Assembly (NCBI GenBank): GCA_053919585.1
Contig: JBSSHM010000205.1
Direction: 5' to 3' (one strand)
Source of the DNA: Euprymna scolopes
Lineage: Eukaryota
DNA: 64,000 nt
Shown: positions 1-10,258 of the stretch, in pieces
How positions within the stretch are numbered: position 1 is the first letter of the stretch
How the letters are laid out: each line of letters opens with the position of its first letter
Made by a program: the position numbers and the translations under genes
The notes under the pieces: model-generated
Databases searched by the model: none
Seen by the model: the letters and a program-made list of their open reading frames with translations, nothing else
Told to the model about the DNA's origin: nothing

Positions 1-151
1 GATCCGAAGTTTGTCATCTAATTCTACCGCATACATGCAGGAACCTCTATGGAATCAGGAAGAAGCTTACGGTAAAAAACCGTTGGGATTACGTAGAATG
101 GTTGAACAAGACCGTGACGCTAGAACTTGAAGCTTTTGAAGGAGAAGAGTA

Positions 152-654
152 ATGACGTTTAAGGTATCTACAAAATTGTATGACAAGGAAGTGTATATCA
201 GTACCGACGAAGGTGATATCGAATTCAAGATGGATATTAAGAATCCTAGTCGACCGTGGCGAATATTACCTCACATTTCAATATCGGAGGTTCTAGTTAC
301 ACCAACATCGCAGTACCTCTTACATTATTCTCAGACATGTACGAAGAGTGTATGGTAGAGAATTCGTTCTACTGTGAAGACTTAGATGAAACTATCATCG
401 TAGAGCGTGTAAAACAGGAGGGCGTATGGTTAATCCGTCAGGTGTTCCAAGATTCTTCTGTATCAGGCACTAATTCTTATGAATACGTAAGTACAGTACA
501 ACATCGCGATATGTTAGCATTCATCCAAATGTGTTCGCACACTGTGAAGAGTTATAACCTACGTAAACGTAAGAACTCAGGGTTCAACAAGTTCCGTAAG
601 AATGTAGTGAAATTTTTCAACCTACCTTCAAAACTTTTGAACAAATTAGGTTGA
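152..654 (+). pseudogene. hypothetical protein split by an apparent frameshift near 250
   Basis: ORF 152 starts by TAATG coupling. ORF 256 has no SD and continues in the -1 frame. Confidence 0.45.
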
Positions 655-698
655 CATTAACCCGATATCTGGTATCTTACTGGGTATCGGGTGTTTTT
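651..698 (+). promoter_or_regulatory. sigma70 promoter overlaid by a terminator-like hairpin
   Basis: TTGACA...TATCTT, with stem ACCCGATA/TATCGGGT followed by a T-run. Confidence 0.6.
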
Positions 699-714
699 AT
701 TAAAGGAGACAACT

Positions 715-1044
715 ATGAACCTACGAGATAATATCAAGAAACTACGCAACGAAGATATCATCCTTCAGTTTGCTGAGAACTATCCAGAAGCTTACAACTG
801 GTTCCAATCGGATGTTGCATTCAAAAGATCGTTCTTTCATGATACAGGTGTTTCGGAATTGCGATACGCATCACGATCGCTATACCACGAATTTAAGAAC
901 GTAGAAGCTTTGCCTTTCTGGGAGAATGGTGAGATAGTACCTATTTCAGAAATTACCAAGTACCTCAAGGCGGAAGGTTTTGATGTACGAGATCACGATG
1001 GTATGGTATACCATTCTATTTGGGTATCTTTGGAGAAATTCTAA
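715..1044 (+). CDS. hypothetical phage protein
   Basis: AAGGAG SD, ATG at 715. Confidence 0.7.
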   Translation: MNLRDNIKKLRNEDIILQFAENYPEAYNWFQSDVAFKRSFFHDTGVSELRYASRSLYHEFKNVEALPFWENGEIVPISEITKYLKAEGFDVRDHDGMVYHSIWVSLEKF

Positions 1045-1517
1045 TGACTAAACAACTTACACATCAACACCTAGAAGGTGCAGAAGAGTTACTAGGGGTT
1101 CTAGACCTACTGATCTCTAACAAAAATCATATTGTAGAGACTTGTGAAACTAATTTCGACAAAGTCTTATCCTATACTATGATCTCGAAATGTGGTAACA
1201 GAGAGTTTACCCTTGACCTTAAGTCTGGATTGTGCGATAGTGTATCCATGCACCATTACGACGCAGCAGAGGTACTTGATTTAATCAACCGTCTGTATGT
1301 ATGGTCAGAGTATAATATTGATGGATCGAAACGTCCTGTATTTCCAGTGAGTACTCCGATTAAGCATCGCAACGACCCTAGCGCTATATATCAATTATAC
1401 CGCGACAATGGTTTTGCTATGTGGGGTATGGATGATTACGGGAATAACCGATGGCAGTATATCGAAGCGATTCACAAAATCACTACTGAACAGATTCAAC
1501 GACTAAATGAAGAGTAA
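1044..1517 (+). CDS. hypothetical phage protein
   Basis: TAATG coupling, GGAG SD. Confidence 0.7.
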   Translation: MTKQLTHQHLEGAEELLGVLDLLISNKNHIVETCETNFDKVLSYTMISKCGNREFTLDLKSGLCDSVSMHHYDAAEVLDLINRLYVWSEYNIDGSKRPVFPVSTPIKHRNDPSAIYQLYRDNGFAMWGMDDYGNNRWQYIEAIHKITTEQIQRLNEE

Positions 1518-1526
1518 GGAGCCACT

Positions 1527-2323
1527 ATGAATGAGATGCAAGACGTGTAAATGATTACATGGATGTACATATGCAGAACTATAGCCTGATTGCTATTAAG
1601 GCTGCTTGGAAATTGATCAAACCTTTAGTGATGACTGCACTTGACGGTGCTGATTCTCCGGAGTATATCTCGGGATGTCGAGTCCTTGGAGCAAATGAGT
1701 ACGAAGATCGTTGCGGTGCTTGGCATATCGCTGATGGTTCTGATTATGTGGTAGTAGAACTTCCGGAACCATGGAATACATGGGAAGCTGTTACTGGAAA
1801 AGATATCTCAGAGATGTTCGAAGATACCGATTACCGACTAGATGATGCTAGTGACCAGTTCGGACTTCTAGTACGTCGTGATAGTTCGGAAGACAATCCG
1901 CCTAAAAAGTACTGCTGCATGAAAGAAGAGATGATGGGAGAGGTGACTGTGAAGAAGCTTAATAAATGTATTTGTGGAGATTACGTGCCGTACCGAGACA
2001 CTATTACTGGTGCAGTGGCTGCAATGATGCCTATGGACTCGTGTGCTAACTGTCATGATATCCGTTGTAAGTTGCAAAGTCTAAAATACTCTGACTTTCC
2101 TATGACCGTGGAAGGTTACACGGAGTTCTCTAAAAACTCCCGAGACTTTGAAAAACATCTGAAACATCTTCAGACGGCTGATAAAACATGGAAGTTTTTG
2201 ACAGTACATCATAAACTCGGTATCAACTACAAACACTTCACCGACGAAGAACTCGCACACCGAATGGTAGAGTATCATACAAAAGAGTACGAAGAAGTAA
2301 TAAAATACCTTGACAACGAGTAA
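1527..2323 (+). CDS. hypothetical protein (apparent frameshift near 1546, possibly two fused genes)
   Basis: SD and ATG at 1527 are out of frame with ORF 1559-2323. There is an internal SD+GTG near 1948. Confidence 0.5.
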
Positions 2324-2368
2324 GTAGTTTGCAATAATCCTCTTAGTTTAACGGCTAAGAGGATTTTT
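2310..2368 (+). promoter_or_regulatory. sigma70 promoter plus hairpin/T-run occluding the SD
   Basis: TTGACA-N17-AATAAT, then AATCCTCTTAG..CTAAGAGGATT-TTT. Confidence 0.7.
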
Positions 2369-2371
2369 ATT

Positions 2372-2932
2372 ATGTGGATTACAAAAGAAGACCTACAACC
2401 TATCACCCAAGATCAAGGTTTCATTGATTCTTATAAAGAACATATGGGGCGAGATTTCAAACCCGCAGAGTTATGGGAGGATGAAGTATCCGGTGCCACA
2501 TTCCATGCAGGGGCTCATAATGAGCTTGAGTGGTCATACGAAGGTTTCAAGGATTGTGTATGTGATACTATGGTATTCGATCCGGAACATGATGAGATTG
2601 TAAATGTGACTACATTACGACAATTATTAGACCTAGAAGGGATTCAAGTGCAATCCTACGGGGTATGTGATTTTCGAGACCATTGGACAGAGAAAGGTAT
2701 TATCAAAAACTTATTGGCATTCTATCCGGAACTCCTTAAACTTGGTGCCTGTAAAAAGACAAAATACCTGATCAATCTGACCTGTGTAGATAATGAAGAT
2801 TTCCGTCCGCACAAGAACGGAGGTTATCGAGGGTTAGAGAGAGGCAACTTCCCTGAATATATCCGAGATGGTGACGCAGATACGTACCTACTATTCGAAG
2901 TTATGAAATTAGTTAAAAAGGAGATTAAGTAA
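2372..2932 (+). CDS. hypothetical phage protein
   Basis: 186 aa ORF with SD. Confidence 0.75.
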   Translation: MWITKEDLQPITQDQGFIDSYKEHMGRDFKPAELWEDEVSGATFHAGAHNELEWSYEGFKDCVCDTMVFDPEHDEIVNVTTLRQLLDLEGIQVQSYGVCDFRDHWTEKGIIKNLLAFYPELLKLGACKKTKYLINLTCVDNEDFRPHKNGGYRGLERGNFPEYIRDGDADTYLLFEVMKLVKKEIK

Positions 2933-3183
2933 TGTCTATCAAACAGGTTACATGGGTTGAGATCAGCGAGACACAATTCTATAACAAGTTGTGGGATTTC
3001 CCTCAAGAAGACATTCAACTTGTATATATGACAGAGTTGTATGATTTCGAAGAGCACGAATGGCACACGAAAGGAGGTACGCCCCTGTTACGTAAAACCG
3101 TACAGGAAGTTTACGACGAAGAACAGAGTTATCCGTCACGAGTACGTTATTTCAAATCAGAGGGGATCGAAAATGAAATTTAG
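2932..3183 (+). CDS. hypothetical phage protein
   Basis: coupled ORF, GGAG SD. Confidence 0.7.
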   Translation: MSIKQVTWVEISETQFYNKLWDFPQEDIQLVYMTELYDFEEHEWHTKGGTPLLRKTVQEVYDEEQSYPSRVRYFKSEGIENEI

Positions 3184-3382
3184 TCAAGCGCAAACAACTA
3201 TCACTCTTACTGAAGAGGAGGTTAAACAGGCTCTAGAGCTGTATATCAACAAGAAGTCTAACAAAGTACATCGTATCTCTACAGTAACCCGTAAGACGCG
3301 TACAGAAGCTTCAGGGTTCGGTACTATGGAGAGTTTTATCGAATATCCGGATGGTATGGTAGTAGTGGCAGCGGTAATGTAA
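3173..3382 (+). CDS. hypothetical phage protein
   Basis: GAGGGG SD, ATG at 3173. Confidence 0.65.
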   Translation: MKFSQAQTTITLTEEEVKQALELYINKKSNKVHRISTVTRKTRTEASGFGTMESFIEYPDGMVVVAAVM

Positions 3383-3383
3383 T

Positions 3384-3702
3384 ATGATTGAAAGACGCGT
3401 AACAGAGTACCATAGTAATTGTAAAGCTAGTGTCAGGTGTAACCTACCTGTACGTAGAAAGGTATCCCGTTATGAGTCCTTTCAAGGTACATTTCTCTAG
3501 CGAACGTAAATTCAACAGGGTTAAAGATTACATTTTATCTAGGTGCAGTAGCGTCCCTGCTCATCCCGTAAGACTTAAATTATACTACGTACTAGGTTTC
3601 GATAAAATAACTATTGACTTACGAAACCAGAAGGTATACCTTAGTCGTAATTCGTTAGTACGATGGGATTACATAACAACTGGAGGAGAATTCTATGACT
3701 GA
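3384..3702 (+). pseudogene. hypothetical protein with an apparent frameshift near 3405
   Basis: ATG at 3384 is out of frame with ORF 3430-3702. Confidence 0.35.
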
Positions 3703-3940
3703 TAAGACTAAGTTCAAGGTAGGGGATATTGTAGAAGTTATCGATGTAGAGAAGTTCAAAGAAAATGTTGCAGGTGGTGACTCATTTTGGGCAGTAGGTG
3801 CGTTAGATTCAGACAACCGATCTCGTGTGGAGTTCATTAATGAACTTACTCAGTCGGTGTACCTAAGTGGCTATGTAAGTGCAGTGCTATTCCTAGGTGA
3901 GCAACAATACATTCGTAAAGTAGGAGGTCAAGATGTATAA
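3695..3940 (+). CDS. hypothetical phage protein
   Basis: GGAGGAG SD, FKVGDIVEV N-terminal motif common in small phage proteins. Confidence 0.7.
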   Translation: MTDKTKFKVGDIVEVIDVEKFKENVAGGDSFWAVGALDSDNRSRVEFINELTQSVYLSGYVSAVLFLGEQQYIRKVGGQDV

Positions 3941-4134
3941 AGATATGAAAGGTAATTACTTACACCCTATGACTGTGGTAGTTTGTCCTCAAGGTTATCT
4001 GTACACAGTAGAAGCTTTCGAGACTGATTCGTAACTACCCTGTACGTTGTGTAAACAGTTGTGCAGTATGTTACTTCAAACCAGAACAACTAGAAGCAGT
4101 AACTTGTGTACAAGAACTGATGGGAACTGTGTAA
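3933..4134 (+). pseudogene. small Cys-rich protein split by a frameshift near 4030
   Basis: SD+ATG at 3933. The second frame ends in TAATG coupling at 4134. Confidence 0.45.
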
Positions 4135-4421
4135 TGGAAAAGAAAAATAAAGTACCACAATTACTATCATACTACGCACCCCATCGTTGTGTAGCGGAGG
4201 ATACCCAAGACCTGTACTTAGGTACCCGTGAGATGCGACCTCTCCTGAGTAAAATTAATAAGGTTCAGATCCTTATGGAGAAGCAACGTAAAGAGACCTT
4301 AAAAGGCGATGAAGAGTGGTGTGTTATGTCGTGGAATGCATGGCAAGACCAGATCGACGAATTAATGGTTGACATCGAGCTACTTCTACGAGAAGATGTA
4401 GTTTCTAACCTAAAGAAATAG
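4134..4421 (+). CDS. hypothetical phage protein
   Basis: coupled ATG at 4134. Confidence 0.65.
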   Translation: MEKKNKVPQLLSYYAPHRCVAEDTQDLYLGTREMRPLLSKINKVQILMEKQRKETLKGDEEWCVMSWNAWQDQIDELMVDIELLLREDVVSNLKK

Positions 4422-4430
4422 GAGGTCATT

Positions 4431-4853
4431 ATGACAGCAAGCACTAAACACCTACACCCACTAGGTGTTTCTGGTCTTCCGGCTAAAATGAAAGGCGGTG
4501 ACCTAGAAGTAAGACCAAATGCCCGACTATGGGTACTTCGTAACCATTCAGGTAGATACGGAAGCGAACCTTATGAAGTGGTAGCTAAGTCAGAGGTCAT
4601 TCACCAAGGTGACCATACTTACGGGCTACTGGTACTAGTGGAGACTCATGTAGACGACTACTTTGATTGTATCGGCAATCTAGACATCATCGGCACTTCT
4701 AAGGAAGATGTAATGTCTAAGGTTAATAAGATCGTAGGTCGTATCCAAGAAAACAAACGTAAACGTAAAGCGGCTCTTGAAGAACTATTCGAACAAGATG
4801 AAGGTGCTAAGGCGCTTATCGAAGCTTTCAAGAAACAGCAAGAGGAGAAGTAA
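4431..4853 (+). CDS. hypothetical phage protein
   Basis: GGAGG SD, 140 aa. Confidence 0.75.
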   Translation: MTASTKHLHPLGVSGLPAKMKGGDLEVRPNARLWVLRNHSGRYGSEPYEVVAKSEVIHQGDHTYGLLVLVETHVDDYFDCIGNLDIIGTSKEDVMSKVNKIVGRIQENKRKRKAALEELFEQDEGAKALIEAFKKQQEEK

Positions 4854-4855
4854 TT

Positions 4856-5295
4856 GTGTTTTGTGAACAAGTATTTAAAGTCTTGGGTATACAGAATACT
4901 TACCCTCGTGATGTATCTCTAAACACTTCCCGAGAGCAAATTACGGTAGTTTCTGGTCACTCAGGTGCAGGTAAGAATACTATGATGCAAGGTATCATGG
5001 CGAACTTTACCGCACAGAATGTACAGTTCAGTGTAATAAGTACAGAATCTTTTGACTGGGGTAAGTTGTCGGTAACCCGCCACATACGCTGTACACATGT
5101 CCGTTCGATAACCTAGAAGGCGTCTTCAAACATATGAAGACTTCAGGAGTTAAGGTACTAGTTATCGAACAGCTACCGACAGACATTACTTTTGTAAGTG
5201 CTAATAGGTACATGAGCGATCTTCGAAAATTCAAGAAGATGTATGACGTCGATCAAGTTATCATCGGTGTTATGAAGAAAAGATCAAAAAGTTAG
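4856..5295 (+). pseudogene. small P-loop NTPase-like protein, frameshifted near 5062
   Basis: Walker A GHSGAGKNT in the first frame, Walker-B-like VKVLVIE in the -1 frame ending at 5295. Confidence 0.55.
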
Positions 5296-5354
5296 TTGAC
5301 ATCCTTAACCAGATACTAGATAATCCTCTTAGTTTAACAGCTAAGAGGATTTTT
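5296..5354 (+). promoter_or_regulatory. sigma70 promoter plus hairpin/T-run occluding the SD
   Basis: TTGACA-N17-GATAAT, hairpin nearly identical to 2336-2368. Confidence 0.75.
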
Positions 5355-5358
5355 GTTT

Positions 5359-5855
5359 ATGGAACAATACACCAACTTACTTGACCTAATGACGGCTTAC
5401 CCTGAAGAGTTTATCGATGCAGTATTGAAACGTAAAAGTACTTCAGTAAATAAGATTAACAAAGATAAGCACAAAGCTCTTGCATACGCATTAAATAATC
5501 GATCACGGTTAGTGGTGAAGGAGCTTTTAGGTGATAACTCCTATCGTTTACCGTTGGAAGGGGTGTGCCTGTGTTTAAGTGAGTTTGATCTTCGTAATTG
5601 TGCTATGGAATTGTACTGGGAAGGGAAACTATTACCCGTATATGACCCTGATAAGATTCTAGTACATTTAGCAGGAGAGCTTATTCAAGGTCATGCCCTA
5701 GATAATCCGATTACTATCCATACTGCGGAAGGTACGCAGATCGATGAGTTATCTAAATCCCTGTAATTGCTAAAGAGCAGCGTCGCGGTATCACTATCCG
5801 ACCTCAGTTGATGGAAGATATCGAAGAATCTCAAATTGACCCAGAAAATGATTGA
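5359..5855 (+). CDS. hypothetical protein (apparent frameshift near 5756)
   Basis: ORF ends at 5766, with a coding-like continuation in the -1 frame to 5855. Confidence 0.55.
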
Positions 5856-5909
5856 CAAACAGAAAAATCATAGTAGAATTCTCATTATCAACTAAGCGGA
5901 GGAAAAGTT

Positions 5910-6116
5910 ATGGAACTATTCGGATACACATTCACTATCGTACAGGTAATACTTATGGCAATCATTGCTACGTTTACACCGAATTGTGTAGGAAACTGGA
6001 TTACCAAGCTAGGAGCTCTACTAACTAATACAAAAGTAGACCAAGCATGGTGGGGTGAAGTGATCGACTGCGCTTGGGTAGTACTTATCGTAATCTTATT
6101 CGGAACATTTAACTAA
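5910..6116 (+). CDS. small membrane protein
   Basis: two hydrophobic segments, GGAGG SD, upstream TTGACA..TAGAAT. Confidence 0.7.
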   Translation: MELFGYTFTIVQVILMAIIATFTPNCVGNWITKLGALLTNTKVDQAWWGEVIDCAWVVLIVILFGTFN

Positions 6117-6128
6117 AGGAGACATCAC

Positions 6129-7277
6129 ATGAAAGCGAAGACTATTGAAAAAACAGTAAAGAACAAAGTACAAGATTGGTTGAACTCACTACCGAACGAC
6201 CTAGCAGATTACGTAGGTTCTAAAGTAGTAATTACTGGCGGCTGTATCGCGTCGATGTTCCTGAAAGAGCAGGTGAACGATTATGACATGTACTTCCGTA
6301 ACATCAAAGCTGCAACACTAGTAGCTCGTCACTACGCACTAGAGTGGATGGAGAAGAACGGTAAGCAAGAAGCTAAATGCTCTACACATCAACCGCTAAT
6401 CCCGATGCTTCGTTTCACCCTAGACGAAGGTAAAAGTTCTAGTAAATTCATTAGCCAGATTGAGTCAGAAGCTTTGCCGCATCACGTATCTAGTAATGGT
6501 ATGGGGCAGACTACAATCGCTATCCACCCTAAATCTAAGGTTCTGGGTGACTTCTTAGAGGCAGGTTGGGGAATCTTCCTACGAGTAGAGATTTACGTAC
6601 GTTCTCAAGGTTTCCTAGGTGTTAATCCTGACGAAGAGTACGATTACTTCGAAACTCGTGAAGAAGGTGCCGCGGAAAACTTCATTGACGGTGCTATCGG
6701 CTCTCGACCTGAACACGAAGAAAATACTCTACTAGCTGAAGAGCGCGGGGTAGCAGATGATGCAGGTGACAAGTACCGAGTTAAGTTCATGTCAAGTAAC
6801 GCGATCACCCTGAGCCATAAGATGCAGATTGTTATCCGTTTCTTCGGAGACCCAAGCCAGATCCACGACACGTACGATTTTGTACATGCAACTAACTACT
6901 GGACTAAAGGTGAAGGTCTGGTTACCAACGCAAAGGCTCTGGAAGCTCTCCTAGCGCGTGAATTGGTGTACACAGGTAGTAAGTATCCTCTCGCTAGTAT
7001 CTTCCGCACACGTAAGTTCCTGAAGCGTGACTGGACTATGCATATCGGTAACTACGTACTGATGGCGATGCAACTTAACGAGCTAGACCTAACTAACGTC
7101 TACGTTCTTGAAGAACAATTGACAGGTGTAGATGCCGCGTATCTTAACCAAATCATCAAGGTAGCGAAGAATACGGCATATGCGAATGAGACTGATAAAG
7201 TAGATACAACTTACATTATGACTCTGGTAGAGCGTATGATGGGTGGTGAAGATATTGACGAAGGTGTAACTCAGTAA
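6129..7277 (+). CDS. Pol-beta-superfamily nucleotidyltransferase-like protein
   Basis: ITGGCIAS...NDYDMYF (hGG...DxD) motif and later YDFVH. Confidence 0.65.
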   Translation: MKAKTIEKTVKNKVQDWLNSLPNDLADYVGSKVVITGGCIASMFLKEQVNDYDMYFRNIKAATLVARHYALEWMEKNGKQEAKCSTHQPLIPMLRFTLDEGKSSSKFISQIESEALPHHVSSNGMGQTTIAIHPKSKVLGDFLEAGWGIFLRVEIYVRSQGFLGVNPDEEYDYFETREEGAAENFIDGAIGSRPEHEENTLLAEERGVADDAGDKYRVKFMSSNAITLSHKMQIVIRFFGDPSQIHDTYDFVHATNYWTKGEGLVTNAKALEALLARELVYTGSKYPLASIFRTRKFLKRDWTMHIGNYVLMAMQLNELDLTNVYVLEEQLTGVDAAYLNQIIKVAKNTAYANETDKVDTTYIMTLVERMMGGEDIDEGVTQ

Positions 7278-7522
7278 TGCATAAACGAGCAGACTGCCTA
7301 TTGAGATCGGAGTTCCGGTCTCTTGGGTGGGAGATTTGTAGAAGAACTGGATATACCTTTGATGATATCTACATCCATTGGCATGAAGTAGTAGGTGAGC
7401 ATGTAGTCTATCTTAAAGGTACGTTTGCAGGTTATGTAGAAGGTTTCTGGCAGCAGGGACATATCTACCGTCATATAAAGGGGAGTGCTTATGCGTTGTA
7501 CGGATACAGATTCAAAGGGTAA
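7277..7522 (+). CDS. hypothetical phage protein
   Basis: coupled ORF. Confidence 0.6.
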   Translation: MHKRADCLLRSEFRSLGWEICRRTGYTFDDIYIHWHEVVGEHVVYLKGTFAGYVEGFWQQGHIYRHIKGSAYALYGYRFKG

Positions 7523-7673
7523 AGCTATCTTCCAGACAAACTCCGGAGCATATTTCGGATTGACTGTAGAAGAGATGGAAGAGGCTTTACAAGTGATCAA
7601 AGAGACGTTAGTATATCGTGAGTGTGGTAATCCACGTAAATACATAGACTCACGTCACAAGAAAAACTATTAG
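7491..7673 (+). CDS. hypothetical phage protein
   Basis: GGGAG SD. Confidence 0.55.
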   Translation: MRCTDTDSKGKAIFQTNSGAYFGLTVEEMEEALQVIKETLVYRECGNPRKYIDSRHKKNY

Positions 7674-7682
7674 GAGGTCTAA

Positions 7683-7970
7683 ATGATCCATACATTTCTG
7701 ATTTTGTTACTAGGAGGTATAGGCTATCACCTCTTCATGTTCTGTGTCGCGGCGGAGAAAGAATTCGAACAGATGAAGAATCTGATTGTAAATCACTGTC
7801 ATATATTCCGATTAACAGATTATGGGGTTACTCGTGTAGAGAGTCCTGTAGCTAATACCGAGTATGCATACTCAGGTTCATGGATGTTCAAACGATTGAA
7901 TAGAGATTATACCTGTATGCTTGCTAACCGCAGGAACATTAAATTCTGGGAGAAGTTAGAAAATGAGTAA
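7683..7970 (+). CDS. membrane-anchored hypothetical protein
   Basis: N-terminal hydrophobic helix, SD. Confidence 0.65.
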   Translation: MIHTFLILLLGGIGYHLFMFCVAAEKEFEQMKNLIVNHCHIFRLTDYGVTRVESPVANTEYAYSGSWMFKRLNRDYTCMLANRRNIKFWEKLENE

Positions 7971-8280
7971 GAGTATTAGTTTTCACCAGACTATGAAAAT
8001 GGCTAGTCGTCTGAAAGAGGTTCACGGGTCTCGATTAGGTCAAACATTCTGTTGGTTCTTTATCCAAGAGACTCGTGATGACGTATGTGACCCTGTCGTT
8101 TCCGGATTATTCGAGAATGATGGTGTGTCTGCGGTAAACCAGTTCCTTACTATAGTAGAGCATTACCAATGGGATCTTAACAACCTCCCTCTGTTGGATA
8201 GGGTGGCAGAGGAACAAAAACAAAGAGCTGATATGATAGCTATGGTAAAAGAGGGAGGAAATGTTTTATGGCAAGGTTAG
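7963..8280 (+). CDS. hypothetical phage protein
   Basis: overlapping start, SD. Confidence 0.65.
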   Translation: MSKSISFHQTMKMASRLKEVHGSRLGQTFCWFFIQETRDDVCDPVVSGLFENDGVSAVNQFLTIVEHYQWDLNNLPLLDRVAEEQKQRADMIAMVKEGGNVLWQG

Positions 8281-8642
8281 TAGGTAAAACAGTTGTACGT
8301 ACTCGACGTTTGGATATGGAAGTTTTACACTCCGTACAGATCGGGAAGGGTAAATTCGGGCACCCATACCTGACATTGATGATGTTGGAAGGAGAGTGTC
8401 CTATTCTTATCCGACACCAGAAAGGTCAGTTCCCCCGTTCATCTGATCTCGCAGGTCGTGCACATGGGGCAAGTAATGATTGGACGTGGTATGCGCTTAA
8501 TGAGTTCGGGTATGAGCTTATGAAGGGTGCTATGGATGCTTGGAAGGTACACAAGAGCCCTTCTCTGACAAGTTACACGTTCCTTTACACTTACATTATG
8601 GCGAAGGGTCATAGTATTGTAGATGACTTCGGAATCCAATAG
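8268..8642 (+). CDS. hypothetical phage protein
   Basis: GGAGG SD. Confidence 0.65.
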   Translation: MARLVGKTVVRTRRLDMEVLHSVQIGKGKFGHPYLTLMMLEGECPILIRHQKGQFPRSSDLAGRAHGASNDWTWYALNEFGYELMKGAMDAWKVHKSPSLTSYTFLYTYIMAKGHSIVDDFGIQ

Positions 8643-8650
8643 GAGGTTTT

Positions 8651-9112
8651 ATGTCAACAGTTATAAAAGCAAAAGGTCTCGCATACCAACATCATGTAGT
8701 GATTAACGATCAGATGTACGGAGGTCGTCCTTATGACTACCATCTAAGAGAGGTAGAAAAGCAAGTATGTTTCTTGTACGGAGAGTCTCCTAAACTTAAA
8801 CTACTGCGTATCGTTGCATGGTTACATGATATCAAAGAAGATTGCGGAGTTACCGATGATGACCTAAGAGAAGTAGGGTTCTGTGAGGAGGTAATCTTCG
8901 CTGTAGATTGTCTTACTAAGGATCCTCAAGAACCTCTAGGAGAGTATTATAAGCGTGTTGCTGAATCTCCTCTTGCAATTAAGGTTAAGATGGCAGACAC
9001 TATGTCTAACTTGATGCACAGTATCCGAGAGAGAAGTACTAAACGTATCAACAAGTATACACAACAGATTCAACAGTTAGAATCATTGCGTAGCAAGAAG
9101 GAACGAGACTAG
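8651..9112 (+). CDS. HD-domain hydrolase, small alarmone hydrolase / (p)ppGpp-hydrolase-like
   Basis: PYDYHLREV, AWLHDIKED and VKMADTMSNL match RelA/SpoT HD motifs. Confidence 0.8.
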   Translation: MSTVIKAKGLAYQHHVVINDQMYGGRPYDYHLREVEKQVCFLYGESPKLKLLRIVAWLHDIKEDCGVTDDDLREVGFCEEVIFAVDCLTKDPQEPLGEYYKRVAESPLAIKVKMADTMSNLMHSIRERSTKRINKYTQQIQQLESLRSKKERD

Positions 9113-9170
9113 TTATCAACTCCCAACTTAACGGTTGGGAGATTTTTATTACCTGAACAGGAGACCAATT

Positions 9171-9515
9171 ATGATTTTACTTTTCACTCCAAACCAACAT
9201 GCAAAAGGTGTAGGTGTATTTGACAATGGCACTACCCAGATGGCAGTAGAAGTTTACTCTATCCGTAAAGAGATGTTCGCATTCTCTATCGACGGTAACC
9301 GTAAAGTTAACCTGACAAGACCTACTCCGGAAGAAGCATGGCAAGATGCAGCAGATTATTTAGGTGCGGCACTGGTAAAAGTGTTTGACAAGAAGGATCT
9401 AAAGCAGTACGATGTGTACAAAGATTACTTGAAGACACAGAAACAGTTGAAGAAACAAGAGCAACAAAAAGCTCTTGACAAAGAAAACGAAACTGTTAGT
9501 CTGTTTAGCAACTAA
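9171..9515 (+). CDS. hypothetical phage protein
   Basis: AGGAG SD, ATG at 9171. Confidence 0.7.
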   Translation: MILLFTPNQHAKGVGVFDNGTTQMAVEVYSIRKEMFAFSIDGNRKVNLTRPTPEEAWQDAADYLGAALVKVFDKKDLKQYDVYKDYLKTQKQLKKQEQQKALDKENETVSLFSN

Positions 9516-9533
9516 ACAAAGAAGGAGAACCTC

Positions 9534-9767
9534 ATGGGTATGAACGTTTTATTAAAAGAAGGTGGAATCTTAACAGTAGATTCTCGATGGGATTCAGGAG
9601 TTCACCTAGGGTTTACTGTGAACATTATAGACCCAGAACGATATGATGGACGTACCCTAGACAAGGTTCTAACAAAAGACCAGATCGAAGCACTAGAAAT
9701 GTCCCTACTAGTTCATGCAATGAACATGCTAGAGGGTGAGACAGTAGAGGAGGAAGGTGATGCGTAA
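9534..9767 (+). CDS. hypothetical phage protein
   Basis: AAGGAG SD. Confidence 0.65.
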   Translation: MGMNVLLKEGGILTVDSRWDSGVHLGFTVNIIDPERYDGRTLDKVLTKDQIEALEMSLLVHAMNMLEGETVEEEGDA

Positions 9768-10257
9768 AATGATTAAACCTGTATTCGTATTAGGCGCGAG
9801 TATGATGGCAATGGCATGTACTCCAGTAGACGAAATCGTAGGTAAGGAGCGCGTAGGCGCACCTATCCAGAAGGTTACCACTGAAACGTGTTTCGAAGAG
9901 TGGGAATACAAAACTAAGTACCGCGACGAACCCGTATACACTTACAAGAAACGTAAGGTAGTAGAGCCGATCTACAAGTGGGATCAAATCGGCAAGAACA
10001 AATGTACTACTTCTAACGGCAAGCGTACCTGTAAGACTACTTACAAAAAGGTCAAGAAGAAGGTAGGCACTAAGACTGTATGGAAGGAAGAACGAGTACG
10101 TACAGGTTACAAGAAGGTTGCTTACGAAGAGCGTGTAGCTGATTACGGCGAACAACAGGTAACTTGGAATGAGTATAATGTCCTAGTGACTTACTCATCT
10201 GGTAAGGTTGTCAATACGACTGAACGTGAAGAAGTGTCAAAAACGGAGTGCGATTAA
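9760..10257 (+). CDS. putative Lys-rich lipoprotein
   Basis: signal peptide ending in lipobox-like AMAC. Confidence 0.6.
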   Translation: MRKMIKPVFVLGASMMAMACTPVDEIVGKERVGAPIQKVTTETCFEEWEYKTKYRDEPVYTYKKRKVVEPIYKWDQIGKNKCTTSNGKRTCKTTYKKVKKKVGTKTVWKEERVRTGYKKVAYEERVADYGEQQVTWNEYNVLVTYSSGKVVNTTEREEVSKTECD

Positions 10258-10258
10258 T

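Noticed and set aside
5050-5070. Programmed -1 frameshift at GGGTAAG
   Set aside because: The site is not a canonical slippery heptamer, and several neighbouring genes are also broken, which favours indel errors.
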